Origin: Dehalococcoidia bacterium
Lineage (GTDB): Bacteria > Chloroflexota > Dehalococcoidia > Lucifugimonadales > UBA3495
NCBI GenBank assembly: GCA_965219395.1
Contig: CBDCNN010000001.1
Span: 720,318 to 784,317 of the forward strand
DNA length: 64,000 bases
Reading direction: 5' to 3'
The notes beneath the pieces are model-generated. The model saw only the letters and a list, made by a program, of their open reading frames with translations. It did no database searches and had not been told where the DNA came from. The position numbers were made by a program, and so were the translations under genes. Of the stretch, positions 19,804 through 28,515 are shown in pieces; position 1 is the stretch's first letter; the number at the start of each line of letters is the position of its first letter.

Positions 19804-20240
19804 CTATCGGCGCTTTGTCCACCGGTATTCACCGGTGAGCAGGATGTGAGCCAAGAGCTCGGGCTCAACCGTCAGGCCAGCTGGTTTCTGCTGTCTGACC
19901 GCTTCGTCGAGATGGGTGGTATTCCAGTAAATGACGATGGCGGCGAGCAGGTTGAGCCCAGCCATGCGGTAGTGCTGGCCCTCGCTCGAGCAGTCGCGGA
20001 TTTCCCCCTGGCGCCAGATCCTGAGCGCGTGATGAGCCTCGCCCTTTTCAAGCCGGTGTTGGCCCGGTGCTGCATATCGGTGTCGAGCAGCCAGTCGACG
20101 ATGAAGAGCGTTCGTTCGACCCGTCCGATTTCGCGGAGGGTGACGGCCAGTTCGTGCTGGCGCGGATAGGCCGCGAACTTTCGCAGCAGCTGGCTCGGGG
20201 GGAGGACACCATTGGCCAGGGTGGCAGCAACCCACCTCCC
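19804..20240 (-). pseudogene. tnpA: Tn3-family transposase, C-terminal ~145-aa remnant with at least one frameshift
   Basis: 'LEKGEAHHALRIWRQGEIRDCSSEGQHYRMAGLNLLAAIVIYWNTTHLDEAVRQ...LLAHILLTGEYRW' is the conserved Tn3 TnpA C-terminus. The upstream part continues in another frame ('MQHRANTGL...'). About 850 aa of N-terminus are absent. Confidence 0.75.
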
Positions 20241-20402
20241 CGTTATCCGTTCATACCGGCAGGCGCGGCACTGTCCGTAAAGGGACGTCCAGCGTACGGC
20301 CCAGCCCGTCGCCCCAACCCCCGACCAACCGGAACCGGGAGCGTTTCATATGAATGGTACGGTGACAATTGCGCAAGCGGGACCCTATCCGTACACTTCC
20401 CC

Positions 20403-20723
20403 ATGACGGCATCCCTCATCGGATACGCCCGCTGTTCCACCGACCGCCAGGACTTGGACGCCCAGCGCCAGGCCCTCCTGGAGCTGGGCGTCGCCGAGGA
20501 CCGCATCTACACTGACCACGGCCTCACCGGCACCACCCGCGCCCGGCCCGGCCTCGACCAAGCCCTCGCCGCCGTGCGCCAGGGCGACACCCTGGTCGTG
20601 CCGAAACTGGACCGCCGTGGCATGACCGGACCCAGGGAGAGCGCCGGTGCACTCGTTATCTTGGGCAGGCTCCGCCGTGGCATGACCGGACGGTTCCTGG
20701 CCCGCGCCCAATCCGCTGATTGA
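20403..20723 (+). pseudogene. tnpR: Serine recombinase/resolvase, N-terminal catalytic fragment only
   Basis: 'MTASLIGYARCSTDRQDLDAQRQALLELGVAEDRIYTDHGLTGTTRARPGLDQALAAVRQGDTLVVPKLDR' matches the resolvase N-domain, including the YAR.S catalytic Ser. Homology stops after 'KLDR', exactly where a 20-bp direct repeat begins. Confidence 0.75.
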
Positions 20724-20827
20724 ACGGATATAGGCAATTTGAAGGTATCGACTCGGGTTGGCGCCTCAGCACCTACAAAACCCGAGCCAGACTCCACCGC
20801 TCTTAACGCGGGTATTCTTGATTTGGG

Positions 20828-21790
20828 CTATTGCAATGTGATATCCAAAAACAGCCCCTCTTCATTCCTTACCACCGCAGGCATATCTTTCGGCGCTTGC
20901 AAGCGACCAATCAAGAGTCCTGCCTGGTCCAGCTCCCTGAGCCGGGTAGCCACTGCGTGAACCTGCCTTGCATCCAGGACGTCGTGCCCTTGGCAAGGTT
21001 CGATCAGGGACGGATATATCTCGGCCAAAACGTGGCACTGCCCCTCACCCAGCGTCTGGAACGGCCAGATTTGCACGTCGTTGCGGCGCTGCCGTAACCA
21101 TTCCAGCCTAGCGATTCCGGTTAATGCCTGACGGCCCACATTTCCCGGATAAAAGAGCTTCCACACATCCTGTGCCTTTGGAACCCCGTGATCGGCGTGC
21201 CGTCGCCTAGGTGGCAGATTCTGCCCCCAGCCTTCTTCTGCCATAAGAGGCAGGAGACCATCAATTTGCCACCCCTTCGGCAAACCCCAAAACGGTCCCT
21301 CTCCATCGAAGGCCCTATTCAGAGCTGCCGCCGCTTCGAAGCCGTTGTTCCAGTTATTGGGACGGTCGTCAATGCTATCGGCAATCAGCTCCCACACAAT
21401 CGCCCAGTTCGGATCGCCGTCCCGGTTGAAGTGTTCGGCGAGCATCTGAGCAGTACCGGCGGGATAACCGAACGGAAAGTCGAATCCGCTCAGTAAGCGG
21501 CGACCTCTTTCTGTCGCTTCGGACAGCATCCCGTCGACGTAATTGATCGCATCCTCTCGCGTTCTGGGGTTGTCGAGCTGCAACTCATCACCCGGGCCCA
21601 AGGCGGCGATCCAAATGCTGTTTGTCCCTCTCTTGGGCCTCGAGTTTGCGGACCAATCCACTGCTAAATATCCGTCAAACAGAGCTGCATTTTGAGCCAT
21701 GTTTTCTCCTGAATCTCCATACAGGGTGATTAACTGCGGGAGTTCACCACCGAGTATGTCAACACCAAACTGCTCTGGCTGTATTCCCAC
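20828..21790 (-). CDS. Hypothetical protein (up to 320 aa; a shorter start at 'MAQNAALFDGYLAVDWSA' is possible)
   Basis: Long ORF with non-repetitive composition. The N-terminus 'LAVDWSA' and 'AEIYPSL' are vaguely reminiscent of RNase-H-fold DUF429-type proteins. This resemblance is unverified. Confidence 0.55.
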   Translation of the reverse strand: MGIQPEQFGVDILGGELPQLITLYGDSGENMAQNAALFDGYLAVDWSANSRPKRGTNSIWIAALGPGDELQLDNPRTREDAINYVDGMLSEATERGRRLLSGFDFPFGYPAGTAQMLAEHFNRDGDPNWAIVWELIADSIDDRPNNWNNGFEAAAALNRAFDGEGPFWGLPKGWQIDGLLPLMAEEGWGQNLPPRRRHADHGVPKAQDVWKLFYPGNVGRQALTGIARLEWLRQRRNDVQIWPFQTLGEGQCHVLAEIYPSLIEPCQGHDVLDARQVHAVATRLRELDQAGLLIGRLQAPKDMPAVVRNEEGLFLDITLQ

Positions 21791-21810
21791 ACTTCAGCTG
21801 TGACATAGCA

Positions 21811-22128
21811 CTAGATAACCCTGTCTCCCCACCCCGGCGTGGACTGGCTGTCCGGCTCACCCGCCGCCGCCGGCAGCGGGGTCAACATCACGCGCCAACG
21901 GGGAGTTTCCTTGGCTGCCTCCACCAGGAGTTCCTCCAGCGGAACATCAATGTCGATGTCGTCGAATTCGAAGTTGAAGGCGGCCTTCACGTGGGCCGGG
22001 CAGACGAGGCCAGCGGTGGCGTTGTTCTCCCGTCCCATCCGCCTCAGTTCCTCGCGCTCGGCAAGCGTCATCTTCCGCTGGTAGTGGCAGCCAGCGATGG
22101 CGCATTTCACCGACACTTTTCTGGCCAT
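21811..22128 (-). CDS. Hypothetical small Cys/His protein (105 aa)
   Basis: ORF sits 20 nt upstream of, and co-directional with, 20828..21790. 'KCAIAGCH...LVCPAH' suggests a zinc-binding motif. Confidence 0.45.
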   Translation of the reverse strand: MARKVSVKCAIAGCHYQRKMTLAEREELRRMGRENNATAGLVCPAHVKAAFNFEFDDIDIDVPLEELLVEAAKETPRWRVMLTPLPAAAGEPDSQSTPGWGDRVI

Positions 22129-22419
22129 TTCCCCAATATTACACCAACGGGGTAAAGCGAGGGTTGGTACAGGCGGGCAGGGCGGCCAGCCTCATCCACT
22201 TTTGCCGGCAAGATCATTCGGCCCACCGCCATGACCGGTGACTCCGGGACGCAATCCCATGTCTAGACCCATGGGGCTAGCATGGCTGTAAACAGGGCTG
22301 TTTCCAGCCATGGCTGTAAATCCCCACTCCCCGTAGCTGAAGGGGTGGCTGGAAACTCCGGTTGCAGAACCCTTGGCAGAATGCAATACTTCAGGTATTC
22401 CAGCCAGGGGTGTAATGGG

Positions 22420-22979
22420 ATGACGCTGTACGGTTATGCCAGGGTCTCGGTCAGAGAGCCGGAGGACAAGAATCTGGACCTGCAGGTGGAGCGGCTGTCC
22501 GCGCCGGATGCTCCATGTGCAACGTCCGGGCCGAGGAGGCCAGTGGGACCAAGAACGACCGGGGCGGCCTCCTCGCGCTGCTGAACCTGGTAGTCGAGGG
22601 GGACACCCTGGTGGTCACTCACATCGACCGGCTCTCCAGGGGGCTGACCTACGGGCTGCAGGTGATCGAGGCCCTGCACCATGCGGGAGTGGAATTCCGG
22701 TCCCTGTCGGAGGACTTCGACACCTCTACGGCCAACGGCAAGCTTCAGCTCGCCATGGTGCTCGCGTTCAGCGAGTGGTGGCGGAACTCGATCAGGGAGC
22801 GCTCGGTCGCCGGCCAGGCGAAGGCACGGGCCGAGGGCCGTTTCCCCGGCAGGCGGCCGCTCCTGACCGAGCTGCAACGGGAGTACATCAGGGCAGAGCG
22901 GTCGAAGGGAGTGAGCCAGCGGGAACTGGCCAAGCGCCTGGCGGTCAGCCGCTGGACCATCCAACAGGTGGACGGATAG
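22420..22979 (+). pseudogene. Serine recombinase (resolvase/invertase) with a 1-nt frameshift near 22500-22505
   Basis: Frame 1 reads 'MTLYGYARVSVREPEDKNLDLQVERLSA'. Frame 2 continues 'AGCSMCNVRAEEASGTKNDRGGLLALLNLVVEGDTLVVTHIDRLSRGL...', ending with the C-terminal HTH 'GVSQRELAKRLAVSRWTIQQV'. Together they make a full-length resolvase. Confidence 0.8.
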
Positions 22980-23845
22980 GGCTTCAGTGAAAATTGCAGC
23001 CTCGGCACGCACCTCACCGGGGCCAGGCTCGGATTGAGCCAACAGCCCAATACCATGCTTGCGTTAATGACCGGCCGCCGGGGTGAATTCGCCAGGGATA
23101 GGGCTTCCGTACTCTCTGGTAAACCCTTGCTAGCAGTCCTGCATTGTTGCCGGCAACTCCTCGTGTCGCCATTCTGCTTATGCTTCCCGCCAAGCGACTG
23201 CTTCCTGATTTTCAGTTGCGCCCTATTGAGGCTATGCGGCTGTTGACGTCAAGCAGCGAGGGTGTGTCGTCGGCGGCCGAGCTTGAGGAGTGAAGTGGCG
23301 AAGGAAGGGAGAGTCCGCGTCAGGCAGTTCCATTCCATTCTAGTGCCCGTGGAGTTTCGCAGGGCCTCTCCTTTCCCAGGGTCGACTTTCTGCTCCATAG
23401 GGACCACGGCGAATCGGCCATCATTCCAGGTGACATTCGCCCGGATTCCCTACGCAAATGAACCACGATACGCACTCGGGGAATAGGGACAGGGGGCCAA
23501 GAGGATCATCGGCTGGGTTACTGGGACACGCTATTTCCCGACACCTGTTCTGGAGAGTGGAACCCAAATGCTGACTTACGTGCGCAACACGGAATACTCG
23601 GGGAGAAGCAGTTCACTTCAATCCAGCCAGAACTGCGAGGGCGTGTATGGCGGTTTTAGTTCGAGTCCTGTTAGGTGGGCCTATTTTGACGATAGGCCGA
23701 ACCGTTTTCGAGATGTGGCTGGGAATCTGAGAATCCTGACTAAGCAGTGGCGGAAGTTGAGCCTGATGGCGCGGACGCGCTCAGGATACATAAAGGAAGT
23801 GTCACGTTGTAGGATAGTGGGCTGAACAGAGCGCCTATCCGCGGC

Positions 23846-25981
23846 CTACGCGGCCGCTATTCTGATCGGAGTCGAATCTCGCGCCAAATCGATCTGTGTT
23901 ACCATCGGACCTGTACTGTTCCAGCCCCTCAATTCAACACGCACCGTTCGTTGTGAAATTGAAATGGGTCTTAGCTTTCGCTCAAGAAGGGAAGCAAACC
24001 TCCTGTCATGAGTGGAGATCATCAACTGACGTCGGTCACGCAAACGCTTTAAGATGTCGACCATTCCCAAAAGATTCAGGTCATCTAAGCTTTGCAGTGG
24101 GTCATCCAAGATTGCCAACTGAACGGGCAGCGAAGGCATACTAAGATTCAACGCAAGGAATACGGAAACTGCCAGAACATTCAGTTGTGAACTTGAAAGA
24201 TAATCCTGTGGGTCCTCACGGTGAAATCCACGCTGCTGGTCCACAAGCTCAGCAAATAGTCGTCCGCGTCCTTGACGCATACGAGTAATCAGCCTGACAG
24301 TGCGAAACTCGGGATGTGGGTCTGCTGCAGCATAAATGCGTTGAAGCAAATATTCCAATCTGCCGAGCTCGTTTAGGACCATATCGGAGGACGCATCTCT
24401 TAAGCTCTCGATTATGCGCGAAATTGCTTCGCGGGTTTCATCTCGGGTTTGGATGTCGAAATTCGCGGCTTCCAATTCACTGTGTAGTTGTTGAACTTCT
24501 TCCTCTATCTCCCTTTGACGGGTGAGTTGGCCGGTACGAGCCAGGGAAAGCGCAATAGCTTCACCCTGCCCACCCACCGCGGCAATTCTCGCAATGTCCT
24601 GATTGTTCTTTTCAATCGCCTCCTGAAGCGCAGTTGAGGCTACAACTCCGTCAGTGACAGTGACTTCATTTTCAGCCAATCCTACATTGATCCTCTCCTG
24701 TCGATCGGCCCTTATCTGAACCTGTCGTCGAGCATTCTGCAAGGCCAATTCGGCCGTCGAAGCCTGGTTTTCCTTAGATTGGACTTCCGCAGCTAGAACA
24801 GCCAAGTCCGGCATGGCGTCGGAGAGTTCCGGGCTGGCAGAGTCTATACTTATCAACCCATTGAGTCGCTCACGGGTTGCATCCCTATCATAGGCCTGCT
24901 GGCACACAGGACAACGCTCATGCAGATGCCTAAGGGCAACTTCTGCCAGTACCCTGAGTTCTTCCTGCTCGGAACGTGCTTGGATCTGATGCCTGCGGAT
25001 TTCTGAAGCTCTCAGCTCCGCCTCGGCAAGCGCTTCTCGTGCAACAGACAATGCTTGATTGGATTCATCAACTGCTTGTTGTAACTGATCCAAGTCGTCT
25101 TGTGGTGTCGATAGTTCCCGAACCATTTCTACCAACCCACGAAGGTCCTCACCTCGGCGCTCACGGGAAAGCCTGATTGCACGCAATTGCGACATAACGG
25201 TATCGATAGCAGAATGTGTATCAGAGGACTCAACCCTGGGCACATTGAGTTCAGGAACTCCCAGGTTGATGGCCTCCGTCCACCAAGAAATCCATTCAGA
25301 TTGACGGACTTGAGTGGCAGGGTCCATATCGGCCATTTCGCGGAGTTGGGTCCCTAACCTGTTCCTCCTTTCTTCACTTTCTGCTGTTTGTGTTCTTAAT
25401 TGGTTGATAGCTCTTGACCACGCCAATCTAGAGTTTTCCAGAGATGCCTGAATCTCTGTAACGAGTCCAGCCCCCATGATTTCGGTAATTGCGTTGAACC
25501 TATCGTTTTCCGTGTCGGCCGTCAGAAAGCCTGTGAGAACATCTTGCTGCAGATACACCCCGCGCTCAAAAGCAACCCGAAGGGCTTCTTTCGGTTCGTT
25601 CGTACCCGATCCTTCGGGCCACAGGCGTCGAATTAGTTCGTACTCAGCTTCGTCGCCGCGAAATGACTCATCGCCCTCTTCAACATAAAGTCTGTCGCTC
25701 CGACCGTCATGGCGGCGAGATATCAATATTTCCCTGTCATCATCGGACGCAATCGTAACCTGAACCTGGGCCTCCCCCGATTCTGAGTAGAGAGATATTA
25801 CAGATTCCGGATGTTCGAGACGTGTCATTCCTCCAGTGATGGCCCACAGTATTGCATCGAACAAGGATGTCTTACCTTGGCCATTGGCACCCACAACCAA
25901 CACGACGTCTCCGTCGAGGTCCAGACTGATTTGACCACTAAACGCGCGGAACCCACTGATTTCTAAGGACTTTACCCTCAC
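23846..25981 (-). CDS. SMC/Rad50-like ABC ATPase with long coiled coil and central CxxC (LmuB / ABC-3C ATPase-like position)
   Basis: Walker A 'GANGQGKTS' (aa 31-39) is followed by ~400 aa of E/Q/R/L-rich heptad-like sequence with 'CPVC' at aa 357-360 (nt 24902-24913). The C-terminus has 'LSSSQ', the 'LAILDDP' Walker B and 'STHD'. The GTG start overlaps the upstream stop (GTGA). Confidence 0.85.
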   Translation of the reverse strand: MRVKSLEISGFRAFSGQISLDLDGDVVLVVGANGQGKTSLFDAILWAITGGMTRLEHPESVISLYSESGEAQVQVTIASDDDREILISRRHDGRSDRLYVEEGDESFRGDEAEYELIRRLWPEGSGTNEPKEALRVAFERGVYLQQDVLTGFLTADTENDRFNAITEIMGAGLVTEIQASLENSRLAWSRAINQLRTQTAESEERRNRLGTQLREMADMDPATQVRQSEWISWWTEAINLGVPELNVPRVESSDTHSAIDTVMSQLRAIRLSRERRGEDLRGLVEMVRELSTPQDDLDQLQQAVDESNQALSVAREALAEAELRASEIRRHQIQARSEQEELRVLAEVALRHLHERCPVCQQAYDRDATRERLNGLISIDSASPELSDAMPDLAVLAAEVQSKENQASTAELALQNARRQVQIRADRQERINVGLAENEVTVTDGVVASTALQEAIEKNNQDIARIAAVGGQGEAIALSLARTGQLTRQREIEEEVQQLHSELEAANFDIQTRDETREAISRIIESLRDASSDMVLNELGRLEYLLQRIYAAADPHPEFRTVRLITRMRQGRGRLFAELVDQQRGFHREDPQDYLSSSQLNVLAVSVFLALNLSMPSLPVQLAILDDPLQSLDDLNLLGMVDILKRLRDRRQLMISTHDRRFASLLERKLRPISISQRTVRVELRGWNSTGPMVTQIDLARDSTPIRIAAA

Positions 25982-26589
25982 ACTTGTTGTCCTCGTCTTT
26001 CCAAAATTAACGCATGGACTTCCGGAATGATCGGACGTTGGGCTCTAAAGGCGGTTATGGCGACTTGCGCGATCTCTTTGTCGACCCCATGCTTTGAGAG
26101 CATTTCTGGAAGAGCGTCGAGTATATTCTGCGAAAGCAACGGGCCTTGTTCTTCCAGAGGCATGAGCGGAAGCAAGAGTCGAGTTATGTCGTCAATCTCT
26201 TTCAGTTCACCCCCGTCGGCAAATAACTTGCGCACGTGGCGCGTATCTCGTTGGATAAGAATGGCCTTTTCTCGCTCGGAGGAAGGCACTATGCTGGGAG
26301 TGAGAAGAACGATATAACCCTCCCAGGACTTCGGGTCGGCTCTCACGATATTCTTTGACATGAGGTCGATGAGGTTTGCTTGATCCAACATCCAGTATGA
26401 GTCAAGGTCTGCCCATGTTTCGAAAATGGCCACACAGACTATACTGTACTCATCTTCGTAGACTCTCACCACAGCTGCTTTCCAATCGTTTGAAGCTGCC
26501 GCCGATACTTCCCTGAAGCCCGCGTCGGACAGTGCTTTAGAGGTCGCTGCCGTAAGATTAGTCACAGTGAATAAGCTGCTCGTCGTCAT
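25978..26589 (-). CDS. Hypothetical 203-aa protein, middle gene of the three-gene operon
   Basis: ORF is translationally coupled on both sides (ATGA at 26586-26589, GTGA at 25978-25981). I recognise no motif in it. Confidence 0.7.
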   Translation of the reverse strand: MTTSSLFTVTNLTAATSKALSDAGFREVSAAASNDWKAAVVRVYEDEYSIVCVAIFETWADLDSYWMLDQANLIDLMSKNIVRADPKSWEGYIVLLTPSIVPSSEREKAILIQRDTRHVRKLFADGGELKEIDDITRLLLPLMPLEEQGPLLSQNILDALPEMLSKHGVDKEIAQVAITAFRAQRPIIPEVHALILERRGQQV

Positions 26590-27998
26590 ACAATGGCCTG
26601 CTGAATCAGTTCAGGATTAGAACGAATATCAGATACCCTGAAAAATTTCATCTGCGAATGAAATTCGGGCCCTGTAAGTAGGTCTTCTGGTGCAGACTCT
26701 CCCGTGATGTCGCTCGGCGTTGATATTGCCGGTATGTCTTCAATACCAGTTACCAGAGCAAAAGAGGGTACTCTAAGTTGATTTGTTACGTGTCGGTATC
26801 TGACACGGAGTTCAGCCTCAACTCGGGCCAGAGTCTTCCAGCCGCCCCCGGAACAGACTATCGCGGGAGTCAAATAGCCGCCCCGCGAAAACTCAACGAT
26901 CCCGTCTTCCCGAAATTCAGCCCGTAATCCGGTTTCCCTCTCCACAATAAGAACCCCCGACAATAGGAATGAGAACGCACTGAGGGAGTCACCTTCCTGA
27001 TGCGGGAGATACTGTCGGCTATCCAACATCCATGCTGCTCTCAGTATCCCCAATCCGGGGAGTCCGACCCTTACAAGTCGGTCGCAGAGATCATCGATGT
27101 CGTCGGTATCGACGTCAATTCCGTCAGAGTGTTCTTCGCAACTGCGTTTAATTCCGAACCGATGCCCCTCAATCACTCGCCTGGATAGCTCGCGCATAAA
27201 TTCAGTCCATCCCATACGAATGTAACTGTCGGTGGAAACTCCAAGGGCGGTTGCGAAGCGGGAATCGTCATGATCAGAGGGACCAACTACAAACACCCTG
27301 TCCACGGAAGAACCCATTCCCGAAGAAATACGTCCAGTAGTCTCTACCAAGACAGAGGCTGGACTCCCTAGCCCTACAAACACAACCACCGGCCCGGACA
27401 ACACGCGCCGGGCTACGACTTCCTCCCAGTGTTCGCGCCAAGCCCCCTCAAGTTCTCCAGAGCGAAGAATGAGCTCATCCGCTGGACGGTCAATGTCTCG
27501 ATGCAAATGGATAAGGTTACGTGTTCCAAGTTGGGTATGGTCTTCTGGACCCCTAATCACGGAAACCCTAGATTCAGCACCTAGTTGAGCCAGCGCGTTA
27601 CGGGCGGCGAAGTCGAAGTTAAGCGTCATTGCATCCGCGAGCGCCCCCTCTAGGAACAAGGCTGCCATGATCAGGTATCCCTCGTTGGGAGACACGAGCC
27701 TGAATCTGCTAGGAGGGAAGCGACTCACGACGTCTTGCTGGCTACCCTTCTTGAGGTACACTGCGTCCGCAACCTCCGACAAATCTCGTGGATCGTTTAC
27801 TTCGTCTCCACTCAAAATGCCATCCGCTAGTAACCTTTCGTAGCATTGCGCAGAAAGGTCACCAGAAAGAGGAAGGCTGGTCGGCCATTCCGAGGAACAT
27901 CCAGCACCGAGTACTAACACAACGCCGCCACCAGTTGGTGATGAAATTGCCTCAAGCAGCTTAGTTGGCAGATTCTTGGGTGTACCATCTTGCGTCAT
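26586..27998 (-). CDS. SIR2-like (SIR2_2-type) domain protein, 470 aa, putative NAD+-depleting effector
   Basis: 'VLVLGAGCS' (aa 27-35), 'TLNFD' (aa 125-129, compare TTNYD), 'IHLH' (aa 163-166) and 'VVFVGLGSP'. The N..H spacing of ~39 aa matches defence SIR2 domains. Confidence 0.75.
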   Translation of the reverse strand: MTQDGTPKNLPTKLLEAISSPTGGGVVLVLGAGCSSEWPTSLPLSGDLSAQCYERLLADGILSGDEVNDPRDLSEVADAVYLKKGSQQDVVSRFPPSRFRLVSPNEGYLIMAALFLEGALADAMTLNFDFAARNALAQLGAESRVSVIRGPEDHTQLGTRNLIHLHRDIDRPADELILRSGELEGAWREHWEEVVARRVLSGPVVVFVGLGSPASVLVETTGRISSGMGSSVDRVFVVGPSDHDDSRFATALGVSTDSYIRMGWTEFMRELSRRVIEGHRFGIKRSCEEHSDGIDVDTDDIDDLCDRLVRVGLPGLGILRAAWMLDSRQYLPHQEGDSLSAFSFLLSGVLIVERETGLRAEFREDGIVEFSRGGYLTPAIVCSGGGWKTLARVEAELRVRYRHVTNQLRVPSFALVTGIEDIPAISTPSDITGESAPEDLLTGPEFHSQMKFFRVSDIRSNPELIQQAIV

Positions 27999-28515
27999 GC
28001 TTTACACTGGTGCTCAAATGCTGCCCGCTGTAGGCACCAGATTTCAAAGGCATTGGGGAATCGATAAAGCTCCCCATTTGGACACCTTTCCATATTCTCG
28101 TGGGAGTCTCCTTGAACAGCTAAAGCCGGGTCTATACGGCATCCTAAAGATAGGACTTGGATATCTCCTTATCCTCCAAGATTCCCGCACGATGAGTCGA
28201 ATCTTAGCACATCGAGTCCTTAAGCGCGCCGAAGATTAGGCCCTAGACTAATATGTCGCCATCGGACTGCCCCGAAAGCCGAACCTCTCTGGATAGAGGA
28301 GGCTCCCGGACATGCCCCTTGCCCCATTTCCCTACCCAAGCCTCGTTAAAGTCCCGTGGGTCCCGATTGCTGCTGACTGGGAACATCCCCTGAAGACGGG
28401 TTTTCTAGGGTGCTGTGGGCCTACCTCCCGTTCTGTTCTGCGCCAAGAAAACTAATGCCAGCCGAAAGTCCCACGAATGGCTGTGAGACAAAATTCATCC
28501 CTCCAAGGCTCTAAA

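Noticed and set aside
20786-20825. 'CTTAACGCGGGTATTCTTGATTTGGGC' as an inverted Tn3 IR (starts like the reverse complement of ...GTTAAG)
   Set aside because: Only the first 7 nt match, and it does not end in the expected GACCC(C).
23379-23417. 'GGGTCGACTTTCTGCTCCATAGGGACCACGGCGAATCGG' as the second Tn3 terminal repeat (shares GGGTCGACT and ..GAATCG with 19763-19799)
   Set aside because: It is in direct rather than inverted orientation relative to the first. Similarity beyond the first 9 nt is patchy, and a 9-mer match is plausible by chance in 64 kb.
22990-23845. ~850-bp gap between the resolvase pseudogene and the SMC-like gene, inspected for a gene, sRNA or res site
   Set aside because: Only short ORFs with no recognisable motifs are present in any frame. 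I found no repeats or convincing structure, so it is left unannotated.
27976-28239. 87-aa plus-strand ORF upstream of the SIR2-like gene
   Set aside because: It overlaps the SIR2 gene start in antisense and has no RBS or motif. The region more likely contains the operon promoter.
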